Part shown: in pieces, positions 37,991-51,778 of the stretch | How the letters are laid out: every line of letters begins with the position of its first letter | Numbering within the stretch: position 1 is the first letter of the stretch | Source of the DNA: Camelus ferus | Taxonomy: Eukaryota | Direction of reading: 5' to 3' | Assembly: GCF_009834535.1 (NCBI RefSeq) | Contig: NC_045696.1 | Location: 89,220,001-89,284,000, forward strand | Length of the DNA: 64,000 nt | Program-made: the position numbers and the translations under genes | Notes under the pieces: model-generated | The model's database searches: none | Told to the model about the DNA's origin: nothing | Seen by the model: the letters and a program-made list of their open reading frames with translations, nothing else

Positions 37991-38329
37991 GTCTTTGTCT
38001 CCCAGCACAGAGGCCATGGGAGGTTTCCTTCAAAGGTTGCTCGGTCTAGTGGCTTGTGTGCTAGATCTGCCCACAGGTTTGCTGGACGGGAACAAAAGGC
38101 AGAACCCCCAAACAGAAAGAAGCCTCCAGTGCCTACTAAGCAGGAGAGAAGCCACATTTTCGGGCTAAGTGACCTAGGAACATCCTTCACCAGCCCTAGG
38201 TCTCCAATTCCTCAATCATGAAGTGAAGATGAGGGAAACACTGTGTTCTTCCAAAACTCTTGGCTCGTGTTTCTTAAAGACATTTAGCTTCCTGGGCACC
38301 AACTCAGACCCACTGAATGACTCATAATC

Positions 38330-38630
38330 ATCCCAACCCAATGTCCAGTCATTCACCAGGTTCCTTTCAGAGGCTGCTGCCTCCATCTCTTCCCAAGCCA
38401 TCTCCTTATCTCCTCCTCCCTGCCCCACTCTGTACCTGTTGGCTGGACTCCTGGCTTCTAGTCTTGCTTGTTCTCCATCCAGTCTCCACTCTGCAGCCAG
38501 AGATAAGGTTTAACAATGCAAAAGTGACAGGCGGACTGCTGTGCAAAACTTCCAATGACTTCTCGATGCCCTCAGAACAAAGTACAAACTCCTAACATGT
38601 CTGTCCCTGAGGCTCAACTTGACCTGGTCA
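38330..38630 (+). mobile_element. L2 fragment
   Basis: TCTCCACTCTGCAGCCAGAG..AAAACTTCCAATGACTTC..CAGAACAAAGTACAAACTCCT. Confidence 0.7.
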
Positions 38631-39754
38631 GTGTCAGCTGCCCCAGCCCCTGGACCGCCGACTCAGGAGCGGCAGGGACGGTGTCTCTCCTGCTACAGAT
38701 GTTGGGAGGTGTCGATGCAGGTGGCCTGGTGCAAACCACCGCCGGGTCAAAGAGCAGTTACTGAGCACCAGCTACACCTTTTCTATAAAATTACAGCAAG
38801 TGATTTATTTTCTGGGCAAAATAACTTCCATGTCCTATGCCAGATTGTCTATCAAAATCCCTGTTGTGTTTTCTGCTGGTTGTTTAAAGATTGAATCAAT
38901 TGTACAATGATTTCCATCATTTTATATTTTGGGACAAGGATGGTTTCAAGGTGGGTTTTTAAAAAACTTTGGGAGAACAAATATAATTTGGATGCTTTTC
39001 CCATGTTCCTCAAAATACACTAAGTGGATGCTGGTAGTTACTCATTGTTTTTAAAGCCTGATCTTGCTCAGACATAATGGCTGGAGATTTCCCTCAGCAA
39101 GAGGAATGTCACGCATTACGGTTTTCACCTCCATTTAACCAGATTAAGTGTCTGTTAAGTGCTTTGTGCTCTGATTAGAGGTGTCTGTATATGAAGTGCT
39201 CCTTGAACAAAAGTTATGGGTAGTCAAATGTAATTTCATTAAATGATGTGCCATAATTAAAGCAAAACCACTTCACTTAAATAATTAGCTTGAAGTGGTT
39301 GCAGTAGCAGAGTTAATAGACCTGCTTTTGTGTCCTCTATGCTACGGGTGTTAGCTAACAGCAGAACTCGGGGGATGGGCTGCTCTACAGGTTCAGCAGC
39401 TCTGGGCTCCGGGCCATGCTGGGGCTGCCCAGCTGCCTCCTGAGAAGGCGTCAAAGAGCAGCAATCACCAGACCGAATCCCCCACCGCCCACCCCGCCCC
39501 CACCCCGCCCCATGGTTTATTTGCAAGGTTGAATAAGCATTCAGAACAGAGTACCCTAGAGAGAAGGTGGGCAGTTTCCACAAGCATAGTGCTGAATGCT
39601 GGAAGAGCATTCACGGATTTTTTTTAGAATAGTGATTACTGAATCACTACTGAGTTAGGGTGTTGCAGAGTTGAGGGGGCGGTGTGCAGCTACAGGTGAG
39701 ACCAGTCATCGCAACATTCAATGTAAGCAAAGGAGCAGATAGTTTGTTAATTAA

Positions 39755-40155
39755 GCAGGTGACAGAAAACTTAACTGGCAATGGCTTAAACAATGACATC
39801 CCTTCCACACTCATGATTAAATATCCATTCGCTTTGGTTCAGTAGGTCAGAAATATCATCTGGGTACTCAGATGCTTTTCTTTCCAGTTTGCCATCCTTA
39901 GTATATTGGCTTTGTCCTTGACACATCACCACATGGTTACAAGCTGCAGGTCCAGCCAGGCATCAGCATTTCAGGTGGTAAAAAGGAAGGGGAAGCAGGT
40001 AAGCCACACGTGTCCCTCTTTATCAGAACACAAGGCTTCCCACACTCCTCTGCCCACAGACGTCTGCCCAACAGATCTCATTGACTAGAACTGGGTCACA
40101 TGCCCCCCTCTGCAGCTCTCCATCCACTGCTCCAGGGAGGCTGGACAGTGGGGAA
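39755..40155 (-). mobile_element. LTR33-like ERVL LTR
   Basis: GTGACAGAAAACTTAACT..TGGCTTAAACAA..GCCATCCTTAG..TCTCATTGACTAGAACTGGGTCACATGCCC. Confidence 0.65.
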
Positions 40156-40199
40156 CAGGGCTTTTGTTTTGGCCTTAGACCTACTCTTATCAAAATTAA

Positions 40200-41655
40200 T
40201 CCCCTCTTTGATCCCCTCCCTTTAAAAAAAACCAAAAATTTTGTGACACGCCTTTATCCCGAAAGGCAATGACGAGATCATATAACGCATTTATAGCTGT
40301 AATTTCAAACAAGGCCCTAACTGTAATATAAAAATAAGAAATAAGAGGAAAGTAATTTATAATATGATGTACATTTCAGTGCATCATTGGCTCAGTCTGA
40401 GCCGCTAGAAGACATAATGTCAGAGTTGGCTGTTGCACCTATTTATAAGGAATAGTTGAAAAGAAAAGAGAAAGATCAGAAGATATTCCATACAAGGAGT
40501 ACAGGCACTGGAATAAAATCCAGGGCAAGTTTCCGTAATAACAAACCAGACTCGTTTGAATGTGATAAAGAAAGAGGGAGGAAAAACCTTCATCGTCCAC
40601 ACACAGTACATGATGAAGGCTATGATAGTCTCTCGAGTGAGCTGAGCCTTACTGCTAAGTGCAACGTCAGAAATAATTCTTCCTTTATGACAGCGGACAG
40701 CAACTGGGAAAGTACCACGGGAAATCCATCTCCCATCGTGAGGACCTCACACCTCAATATCGATGCTTAGTGTTGAGGACCTACAAAACCCTTGAAGGCC
40801 TGTGTTTCAATAAAAGATACTCTAGGAAAACATTATAATTAAAGAGGCTGTAGGGTAAATCAACTGTACCTCAAAAATAAATAAGTAAATAAACTCTCCC
40901 AATAACTCCAAAAAAAAAAAAAAAAAAAAAAACACAGGTGTTTGAAACAACAGGCAACTGCCAAATAAATAAATACTATTCTCACAGCATAGATTTCTTA
41001 TCATCATGTTAAACAAACGAAAAATTTCCAATATGGGATGACATACATGAAATGATGTTGAAAGAGACTCAGTAATAAATTTAACTCAGATTACCATGTC
41101 ATGCACCTCCCATTATTTAATAATTTTTTATTTCTAAATCTATTAGCAGGGACTCTAATTCCCTCTGTCACATAATTGCACGTGACTGTTACCAAGGCAG
41201 ACTGATGTTGGGGTGTGGCACTGTCAACTCAAATACAGGGAGTGACGCCCAGCAGTGATGTAATTTTCTGTAATAGTGAACAGTTCCTGGTAAATTTCAA
41301 AACAGCACGAGCATAGCACAATCTTTCCTCAATTTATGCAATTGCAGCCCTCCTGGAAAATGTCAGTGTTTGTTAGAGCGACAAAACACATACTTTGTAT
41401 TTATACATAAAATGGAGCTAAATTGTTGGGCACAGAGGATACAGTTTTTTTCATCTACGAGTGGGCATTAGAAGAAAATGAGGGGCTGGTTTTGGTGCCA
41501 CAGAACTCTCCCACACTGCGGGGCATCCAGCACCCCCGTCCCCACTCTCTGGCGCACCACCCCCAATCATTCAGACATTTACACACATACTCCCAATACA
41601 CACAAATTCCCTAAGCATCTTCTGGTGTGGGTTAAACTTCCTGGGGAACCACTAA
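40200..41655. mobile_element. hAT-Charlie transposon remnant (Charlie2/MER119-like)
   Basis: 41340-41570 resembles the MER119/Charlie2 subterminal sequence (CCTGGAAAATGTCAGTG..ATACTTTGTATTTATACATAAAATGGAG). The interior is likely decayed transposase. Confidence 0.6.
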
Positions 41656-44600
41656 CTTAGGTGAAGCATGAACCACCTTGGATTGCACACAGTGGCCCTG
41701 GGGAACAAAGTCAGGGTTCTGGAGGCAAGGAAGAAGGGGGACAGACACTGCAGCAAATAATGGCATCATGTCTGCAGTAGGGAATGAGTGGAAGAGAGCT
41801 CAAGCAGGTGTTGGAGGAGGAGAAGTTGGAGGGATGAGCAACCACAGGGAAGTCAGGGGCGATGTTGGGAGGACCTGAGGTGAGATGTGGACTCTCAATG
41901 GAACCAGCACCAGAGCTCATCCCAGTGAGAGGCCACCCGCATCACTCACCCTCAGCTCCCAGGTCCCAGTAGGAGCAGATGGTATCTCCAAATATGAAGC
42001 GGATTCCTAATGATGGTAGTGGTGGCCGAAGAAGGGTAAGATGCCCCATGAGCCTTGAGCTGCCCGACAAACCCAGGGAAGGAACTTCTGAGCTTCTGCC
42101 GGGGGCAGGACAGCTGCACATTGCCACCCGCTGCCAGGCCCCACCTCCTTCCCACCAGCAAGCAGACTTCTAATCCAGAAAAGCAGAATTATAGAAAATC
42201 TCAAATCATTTCCCTTACTAGACCACAGAATTTGACCCAAGATATACACGGTTGCTGCTAGAATCTGTCTCACCTCTCAATACATACTGGATGTAGAAAT
42301 AGCCCTTTTACATGGAGAAAAAGCACTGGACATATTAAAATATGTGCTTAAGACAAAAGAGGTGCCTCTCCTGAGAAATCAATGCCAAAATGTCCTCTTC
42401 TGAAAACATTACTTCAAAACATTAGGAAGCCTTAAACCACCTCTTGTTCCTATCCTCAAAGAGTCAAGGACACATTGCGCCCACGTCATGGAAGAAAGCA
42501 GATAGAAAAGGGCAGCAAGGGGAGATGGGGCGTGGAGGGCAGGAGGATTGTTTATGGATGAAAAACACAACCGCCATATTTGGAGATGCTGTGCAGACTG
42601 ATGGACATGGCTGATGCTAAGTTATGGCAAGAAGACAGAGGAGACATTTTCCCACAATTAGACAGAGAGGAACGACGCAGAGCAGAGGAAGCCATGATGC
42701 CCAGATCCAGGAAACCCAAACCTATACCGAGGAAACTCCCAGGATGAGAAAACAGCAGATACAGTGGTTGTATCTGAATGGAAAACTGCTGTTCTTTTCT
42801 TCATTCTTTTCACTTTGCTTTCTTTTCCTTCAAATTTTTATGGAATGTGCTACTTATAAGCTCACAGAAAACCACAGATGACAAAAAGCACACGATTCAG
42901 ACAGGAATATCTGTTTTGAGGCCCTATTTTCTTTGTCTTCAGGAAGAGAAAACCTCAAAGAGCTAAGGGGGGGAGTCCCAGGCTGAAGGCCAGAGAAGAC
43001 AGGTGTGACTGTAGTTTACCTGATCAAAGGTGAGCATTCGCTGAAAGAGAAATGTCTGCATGTGTTACTCGTTTGCATCCAGCTTCTCTCCACATCTGGG
43101 GAAGGCAGAACCAGCTCGGTTGCCTGCAGTCCTCCTCCAGAGTGGGCTTTGACTCAGTCCTCACGTGGCCTCCCTCATCTCATTGATTGGGGCTCCCAGC
43201 CAGACGGGACACAACTTTGGATTAATTCTAGACCCTATTGCATGGTCACAGCTGGGACCTGGAGTCTCGGGCTGTGAGCTCTTGTGGCTGATGAGGAAAC
43301 AGTAGGAGGGCCAGTGCCGGGATGGGTCTGTGTCTGTGACTTACACAGCGGAAGCTCCAGACCTTCCATTCCAGGGAAGCTCTGGCCCCAGTGGCTGCTC
43401 ATCAGGTATAGCTCACTATTTGATGTTATTTTCAAGCCAGCCTTCCAGAATCCATTTTAAAGCTCCAACTTCTGAAACTTCAACAGGAGGCCTTCTGCAG
43501 AGGTGGACAGTCCACAGAAGTCCCTGTTTCAATGTCATATGGCTCAGCTGTGTCAGGGTGGGATAAAGATTTTTTTTTAAATTGCTTTGTTTTTAAGTGA
43601 GGATTTTTGTGGTGATTTATCTAAATTGTATTACTTCTTTGACCTTGTATGTTTCATTTAAACTGTGAAACCTCATTTATTGGAAGAGGAAATATCTACT
43701 TTAGTCCCTGGAGATTGCCATAGGTCACCTTGAACAATAAATTGGGCTTTTGAGGACAGAGTTCTACGCAGATGCAGAAGGGGATATGCCTGTGGCTAGG
43801 GGGTACTGATAAATCATGAGTTACTTGCATTAAGGTCTCTTCTAATTTAAGAAAGAAGAATCATATTTGGTAATACAGGGTGTCTGTTTTCAGGCACAGA
43901 CAAAATTGGATAGAACTGTGAAGATTAAAGGAAACTTTAGAATTTTCTACCCTATATACTGTGTTCTAGGAGGAAAAAATAGGATCAGGTGGAGGTAAAT
44001 TAGCTTAATTCTGTTATCCAGACTGTTCACTGGAGGACTCTTCCTTCCATTTGTTGACTAATTGAATATAAATCCCATTAAAGGGCACTGGATTCATTTT
44101 TCATTTGAATGAAAGGAGCTCATTTTCCTACCAGAACTGGCTGCTGTGAATACCTAACACACAACTCAACGTGCTTGAAATTTGCAATTGAAACCCCAAG
44201 GGGTACCAAGCCTCATGTGATGGGTACATGTGCGCAGACACACACACACACTAAATTAACATTTTAAATATTTACATTAGGGAATAAATTAGTTGTTAGG
44301 TCCTTGCTATTTTCTTATTGTGAATTACAAACTCTCTTAACAGGAAAGTCTACTTTCTGAGCTTCTTTTTTTCTCCTAGCTAGTGGCTTAAGCTTATGAA
44401 GGACGTGACAGTCTAAGGCATGATTGTTAGATTTCAAACAGTTGGAGAATTTTGGCGAAAAAAAAGAAAAAGAAAAGAAAAGAAATTTTAAAACATCTTA
44501 ATGTAGAAGCTGAAAGGTTGGGATTTTCATTGGGTGCATATTTGAACTGGTAAAATGCTAGTATAAATATTGGTAAATTTGAATTTCAACCTGGAATCAA

Positions 44601-45774
44601 ACCCTAATGGGTTACACTATTACTTGCCACCCCATGTATTTTAATCTTCTATTCTTACGTTTATATTATATATTATAACAGAGAAAGGTTTATATGATAA
44701 CAAAAGAAAAAAATAGGTATAGCTCCTTCATTCTCCCATGAAGGCTAAAGGTATGTCTCTTTCTGAAACATTTGTCACAGAAAGGTGTGAGTTGGGCACA
44801 CAATTATCTAAGGCCCTAGTCCATATAAAGTTCTCCTGCAGATAGATGAAAGGGTTCCTACTCTGCTTTGCCTGCTGGGATCTCGTATAGTCCTGCAGTC
44901 CTGTTCTTTGCTTTGCTTCTGGGTGAGTCGTCCAAACCGGGATACTTGGGGTGAGGAATCTCTGAGTATCACATACAGCAACTTGGTGGAGCTGCAGATC
45001 TCAGCTTGGCAGGGTAGTGCATAGGTCTGCACTGCTTCACCCACTGTCCTGCCCCTGATCTCTGGGGACACTGGGCCTCCTAACCTGAGGGTTCAGTGAC
45101 CACTTCTGGTCCAAGTCCAGAGTGTTCCTCTGCAGCTTCCTGGCCCCCCATGCCGTTTGTCCTGCACATGGTACGTCTTGAACTCCTGGGTCCCCAGGGC
45201 TTCACCAGCCTGAACCTTCAGTCCCATCAGTTCTTGGCCTTCTTGGTCTAGTACTCTGAAGCCTCCACCCTCCCTGCTTCCCTTTATCCCAGCCTTCACA
45301 AGTAAGATCTTGGGAACAATGCTGTATGTGCTAAGATGGGGAGAAGAGAGAATAGCCCGCTTTGGGCTCAGAGGTACTGTCCTTCTATCTTCCCTCCTCT
45401 TCAGAAGAGGAGGAGGGAGAGTTTGACGTTTTATTTGGAAAAATGAAAATACTACAAAACCTAGGGAGCTTTTTTTGGGTGAACTCTTTGGAGACTTCAT
45501 GGCAAAGGATCGCATGGGAGATTGCTATTGGCTGGAGAGGTGTCTGATTGGTGGCTCAGATGAGAAGATGCTGCGAATAGACTCCTTGGGTCCTGGGCTC
45601 CAGAAGTAAAGAGAGCCTCTTGGTTTCCTTTCCAGTGGTCTCATCCACTTCCTGAGCCTGAAAGAGGGGATAAGGATGCTGGGAAAAGCCTTGGCCATGG
45701 ACCTTCTGCAGGTTTTACTTTTGAAGATCCTAAGTTACTGCATGTAATGCTAGAGAGAAAGAAATCCTAAGCAG

Positions 45775-46266
45775 TGTATGGGAAGAAAAAGTTTCTTTGA
45801 TCATATTGGGGGTCACTGGCCAGTTCTGAAAATTAAACTGACAAAGGCAGCTTAACAGGAGAAAAGCACATAAATTTATTAACATAAGTTTTACAGGACA
45901 TGGGAGACTTAAGGAAATAAAGACCCAAAGAAACAGACTTGAGTATTTTATGGTAAGTTTGATGAAGAGTAGACAGTCGTGTAAAATGTGATTGGTTAAG
46001 GAGCATTAAACTGGGGAAACTTAGCAAGGCCTGTTTGTTAGGATTCTTCTCAGCATCCCTTTATCTTTGGACATTAGGATGCTCCTTTTCCAGACAAAGG
46101 GAGAGCACCTCTTCAGGGAGGATTTTATGACCTGTTTCAAGAAGGATGATGAGTGGGGTGGGGACAAGGTCAGATTGACCTTCCATTTTCTCAGACTTCT
46201 TCAGCTTAAAATATTCAGTGTATTAAGTTGCTATATTTTGGGGGTAGCGTGCTCTGAACCCCAGCA
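45775..46266 (-). mobile_element. ERV1 solo LTR (MER34/MER39-like)
   Basis: TG...CA ends with a perfect 4-bp TSD GCAG (45771, 46267). Minus-strand start TGCTGGGGTTCAGAGCACGCTACCCCCAAAATAT. Confidence 0.85.
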
Positions 46267-47719
46267 GCAGTTAATGATTTTCCACTGCCTGATGGTCTGC
46301 AGAATTATCAATTCTGTCTCTAAACCCCCTCGGCTTTTCCCAGCTCTCAATGGCATGGTCTTCCAAATGAAGTTCCACCAGGCATTCACTGCCTGGCACG
46401 GTCCCAGAGCACTGTCACCACTCAAATGCCTGTGCCTTGCTGACAAATGTCGACCAAGTCTATGGGTTACCCATTGGCCATGCCACCTATGCTGGGAGTC
46501 CAGAGCTTCATAAGAACCATTTCTGTCTCTTGCCACAGACAGAGGGAAAGTTAACGTCCGGTCTGGTGTTCCTAAAGCCAACCCCAGCTACCTACAAGCT
46601 CTCTTAACCCCTGACCTCTGAGGGGAGTTTATTTTGGACTTTTCACTTCCATTCAATATGGGTCATATGGGCCACAGGGGCTCTTGGAAACCCTCCATCA
46701 GCTGACCCCAAGTTCTCTATGACCGCAGCCAAGGAAGGTGGCAGTGGGGTCAGGGGGACCCATCACTTCACTCCAGCTGTTCTCACTGAGACTCGGCCAT
46801 CCTAGACTCCCCTAGGAGGAAAGCCTTCTGACCTTGCATCTATGGGAAGCATGACCTCATGTTTGTGGGGCCCCTTCTGCACCCCTGAAGTTGTCCGGAC
46901 ACACACATGAGTCATCTGGGGGCACTCAGTCATGACAGCTCCTCAACCAGTTTTCACTTCACCGAGCAGCATTTATGCTTCGGTTCCTTTAGATGTGTGT
47001 GTCACAGCTGAGGTCCCAGAGATAGGAGAGATACCACATTCCAATGTGCAAGCGTCCAAGGGATCTAGCAGGAACGTGCTTACAGACTCCTGAACTCTTC
47101 ACCTGCATCAAGGGCACATAAAGGGCTGAGGGCAGCAGAGACAGGAGAGAGGTGGGGAAGTGGATTTTTAGAACAGTATTGTTGGTTCACTCGGTGTTTG
47201 ATCCCAGCCAAGGGGCAAAAATTACTCCCACCTGAAACCCAATGCAAGGGCCCTCAGGAGAGCTGGATGGGGGTCTCCACAGTTGGGTCACAGTGATCTG
47301 GGGTCAGCTCTGGCCTGAGAAGTAAACCTCAATGCTGAGGGGGTGGGAGGCCAACGGCTTTGGTGGTGAGTAAAGGAGCAGGGGTTGGGTTGGAATCAGA
47401 TGTCACTCAGACTTTGTCAGACTAAGAACACATGTTTCCTGTGCAGCAAATGTAGGTCGCAACACAAGAGAGAGCTGGCATGGGGTCATCTTTGGTCCTA
47501 CCCTAGAGATCCACTGAGGGGCAAACAGCTGAGAGGAGTCTAAGGTCTGGCTGGATTCCTAGGGGCTAATTAATATCCTAGGTTGAGCGCCAGTGGAATA
47601 GAGTTAAATTCCCCCAGGGCAAGGTAACTGCAAATTGGATAATTCATGTTTCCTTTTGAGAGGGAGCAGGGCTCTCCAAAGGACTCACAAAATACTCACT
47701 AAAGGAAGAATTGGCTTTA

Positions 47720-47876
47720 TTCGTTTATTTTTAAATTCAAGTATAGTCAGTTTACAATGTTGTGTTAATTTCTGGTGTACAGCTTAGTGATTCAATTACA
47801 CATATACATATATATATATTCCTTTTCATATTTTTTCATTGTAGGCCATTACAGGGTATTGAATATAGCTCCCTAT
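47720..47876 (-). mobile_element. Young L1 3' end
   Basis: AAGTATAGTCAGTTTACAATGTTGTG..TTCTGGTGTACAG. TSD AAGGAAG(A/C)ATTG(G/A)CTTTA at 47702 and 47877. Confidence 0.9.
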
Positions 47877-47917
47877 AAGGAAGCATTGACTTTAAACCCC
47901 TGCTGGGCGGAGTTCAC

Positions 47918-48012
47918 TTATTTATTTATTTAAATGGAGGTACTGGGGCTTGAACGCAGGACCTCGTGCATGCTAAGCATTCAGTCTACCATGGAGCTAT
48001 GGCCCGCCCCCC
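47918..48012 (-). mobile_element. Camelid tRNA-Ala-derived SINE
   Basis: GGTACTGGGGCTTGAACGCAGGACCTCGTGCATGCTAAGCA. Confidence 0.88.
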
Positions 48013-50044
48013 TGCATTTGGAGTTTTGCATTTTATCCTGGCCTACCCATGTTAAATATTGAATTTGAGACTGAGTTTATGAAGTGAACAGAGAAGTCAC
48101 AGGCCCTGCCTGATGTTTTATATAAGGGCACAGGGAGAATACACGCCACCAGATGGATCTACAGAGACAGTGGTAGGCAAAGTTAAGTTGCTATCTGACA
48201 GCATTCTGGAAGTCCTGCTTCTCTGATGTGCCAGTAACCTATGATGTGCCTTACTGCATACTGTCAGTATGTCTTTGTTGAGTTACACTTAGCACTGGGG
48301 ATGCAAAGGGGAAAGAGCCAGAGTCCCTGTCCCTGTGGAACTGAGTCGTGCCAGAGGAGTGGACATCATCTCTGTAGTGAGATTTAGAGACCTGAGTCAC
48401 TTAGAACTGTATTTACTGAAGATAGACATGATGCCGAGTAAGGCTGAGTCAGACAGGAAACCCACGGAGCCTCCTCCTCCCCAAGGTTCTAGTCCCAGCA
48501 CCCTAAGTCAGCAAGGGCCCATCACGGGACACAGGGCGTGTCGTTCATCCCCATCCCAGTAGGGGTACAGCTGTGTCCTGTTCTAGTTTTTTTTTGTGGG
48601 TCCTGATGACTAATGATGTTGAACATTTTTTTCCTGTGCTTTTTGGCCTTTGGTATATCTTCTTTTGTGAAGTGTTTGCGTGCCCATAGTATTTTAAATT
48701 AAAAACGATGCTTTGAACAATATAGTCAAAATATCAATAACCCTTCAGAAATCCCTTCTCTGATCGCCAATGCACCTTTCCTTTTTATGCTGTTTTTAAA
48801 GGCTAACTCAGCGTCACAGTGCTGCTAACACTACTTCACCATTTCAAGCTCCGTAGCTTTCACTGGTTACTCCTGATGGTCCTTTCTGTGTGTCTACAGT
48901 GAATTGGCCCACCTATTAACACAATAATATTCTGTTTTATTAGTTTCACAGAAAGGCTGCATACTTACTCTCTTCAGATTGGAAATTTACACAAAACAGA
49001 AGCTCTCCAAACTGTTTCAGCAAATCTGCTTAAAGTTCAGAAATTCTTTAACCAGATTTTATTTTATTTTTATCTTTAGGGAGGATGATTATACATGGGA
49101 TGGAAGGAATTGAGAAAGGCAGGAAATGATTAGAGAAACATTTCCTCAGTTTGAAATGGTAATTTTATGCTCAAGGGGGCCTCCTGTTAGTTCTTGGCTC
49201 CAATTTTGCTGTAGGCTTGGGTGCAATTGCTCTTCACTAGGCTGTAGAAAAAACTAAACAGCCAAGGGATGGCGGCTAGCTGAGAAATGGGACACGTGTA
49301 TTCAGCCGGGCTGCCTGCCAGTGAGCAAAAGCCAGGCTTGGTTCCCTGGAGTCCGGGATAGGGAGCAGGAAGATCGGGAGACAATGAAGGCAACACACCC
49401 AGCAAGATGGAAGAAACTGAGGGGCTTCCGGAGAAGAATTGTTATGGGAGAAAAGTATGGGCTTTGCGAATTGTAGAAACTTGACAGTGTGGCTGAAGTG
49501 GGGTGGAATTGTTTTGCTAACGACGCACAGCCAACCGAGTGTTGGCAAGATTATGCATTCCAAATCATTACAGATTGACGTTACAGAGGGGAGAGGAGTG
49601 TTTATGACAATTTCATTTGACTAAATAGAGAGCTGAGAAAATTCAGCAGATGAAAATGTAAGAGGAATGTCAGGGGAGGGAAAAAAGAACTTTCCACACT
49701 TGTTTGGCTCTGGACTAAACTTCCAAAGGAGCAGTGGCAATGGCTCTGGAATTCAATAGCCCAGGAGACATGCCTACTCCTTGAGCCACTGGTAAGTGGA
49801 CGACTGATGACATTCGCCCTGGGCTGTCCTGGGGACTTAGCAGAGCTGGTGGGCCTCTCGTATTTTGGGCAGCCCAGCATCCAGAACTTCCTTCAGTGAT
49901 ACACTCCTGCTCCAAAACGTGCAGTCTGTGGGACTGCTAACCTGTCTGCCCACTGCCACCTCACAGGGGGTGCAGGCATGTGGCCCTACTTCTAGGTCGC
50001 TTGGAATTCTGGTCACATTTCCTGGACTCTTGCTATTTGACAGA

Positions 50045-50215
50045 AATATGTTTAGGGCTTTGCATAGATTAACCCATTTAATCCTCAGAACAATTCCATG
50101 AAGCAGATGCATCTTACAGATGGAGAGAAAGAGAGTGTGGTGACTCACTCAGGATCACATGGCTAGGAAGAGGCAAAGTCAGATTTGAACTCGGGCAGTC
50201 TGGTTCTTGCTGGCT
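50045..50215 (-). mobile_element. MIR SINE
   Basis: CATTTAATCCTCAGAACAA..TTACAGATGGAGA..CAGGATCACATGGCTAG..GATTTGAACTC. Confidence 0.8.
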
Positions 50216-51175
50216 GCCAGCAAGAGAAGGAGAGAGAGAGAGAGTTTATTTCAGCGTTTCCAGCCTGTAAAGTAGAAGCAGGCAAGAAAAGAAGGGGTTG
50301 GGAGATGTTGAGTGAGTCACCTACGTCGTCTGCCAAATATGTCTGGTCAGTTTTCTCTTTCTCTGTTATTAGCTGCTTCCTCCTGCCTGTCGTGGCTTTG
50401 TGCATGATTCAAACAGTTCTCCAGTGTCAGACTCATTGCTTCATGAAACTTCATCTTTTAGAAGACTTGCAGTTTCATTCTGCAATTGATTTCGCTGTAG
50501 TCTTCAGAGTCACGGATGTCATCTGAAAATGGTAGATACATTTACAGTTTCTGACAGCTGGTGAGAGACTGACCTCAGGTATTTGACTGATGGCTGGTAC
50601 AGAACTAGTGTGCTTGGGGAGGGATGTTTGAGTGAGGGAAGATTTAAAGAAATGGGCAGCTCAAGACAGTACTTTTTTATATTGTAAGATATTTGCTTTC
50701 CTACATAGTCTGGTATCTCATGTTCTTGTGTAATGTGTACCAGGATCACGAGAACTCCTTGAATACAGCACGGTGTGACCTAACCCTTGATTCCCTCCTC
50801 AGCTGCTTTAAGGATGCTAGTCAAAGAATGTGTGAAACATTACCAGTGACAATAAGAAGAATCTGTAGATCTGGGCCCACTGAGCTCCAGGCTCATGCGT
50901 TGCTCAGTGTTCCGTTTCCCCTCTATCCGTGGCTGGGTCTGATGTCCATCACAGTCCTTCAGGGTCAGCGGTAGATGCGGCTCTTCTTAACCCGCTGCTG
51001 CTGTGTCACAGAACCTGACTGCTGTTGCAGGCCCACTTTGGACTTACCTGGGGAGCCCCTACCTGTTGATGTTGACAAAAGGTGTCTGATGAGCTGCTGG
51101 TGCTGTCTCCCTAGGTAAGGAAGGTCTCCACTACTAATGCTTCACAACTCTTTTAAAATCCTGAAATAGTGACAT

Positions 51176-51778
51176 TGATACAGGAAACTGGGGCACGAGA
51201 GGATGACCAAGTCCGAGGTCCCAGGCGAGTCCCTAGGACGCGCCCCATCAACCGAGGGTCTTTGGCTTCATGCAGGAAGGAATTCAAGAGCGAGCCATAG
51301 TTGAGTAAAAGTAGATTTATTCAGAGAGATACGTACTCCATAGACAGAGTGAAGGCCATCTCAGAAGGCCAGAGAGGCCACAAGGCATGGGGGTGGATGT
51401 TTAGTTTGAAGTAAAAGTAAATACACACACCATAGACAGAGTGCAGGCCATCGCAAAAGCCAAGAGAAAGGCCACGAGTGTTGTTAGTTTTTATGGGCTT
51501 GGTAACTTCATAAGCTAACAAGTGGGAGGATTATTACAACTACTTTGGGGAAGGGGCTGCGATTCCCAGGAACTGGGCCATCACTCACTTTTTGACCTTT
51601 TATGGTCAGCCTTGAAACTGTCCTGGCACCTTTGGGAGGGCCATTTAGCAGCTAACGTATTACAGTGAGCGTATATTGAAGTTCAGGGTCTACTAGGAGT
51701 TGGCTCTTCCACCATCTTGGTGCTGACTGCTGTGTCATCTGTTAATGGCTGTGCCCTGCCCCCTTCCCTCCTGTCTCA
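51176..51778 (-). mobile_element. MER41-like ERV1 solo LTR
   Basis: TG...CA ends with a perfect TSD ACAT (51172, 51779). U3 collinear with recalled MER41 consensus (GGGAAGGGG..TTCCC.GGAACTG..AAACTGTC.TGGC..TTTAGCA.CTAA..AGCGTATA..CCATCTTGGT). Minus-strand CATAAAAA (about 51490) and AATAAA (51316-51321). Confidence 0.85.
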
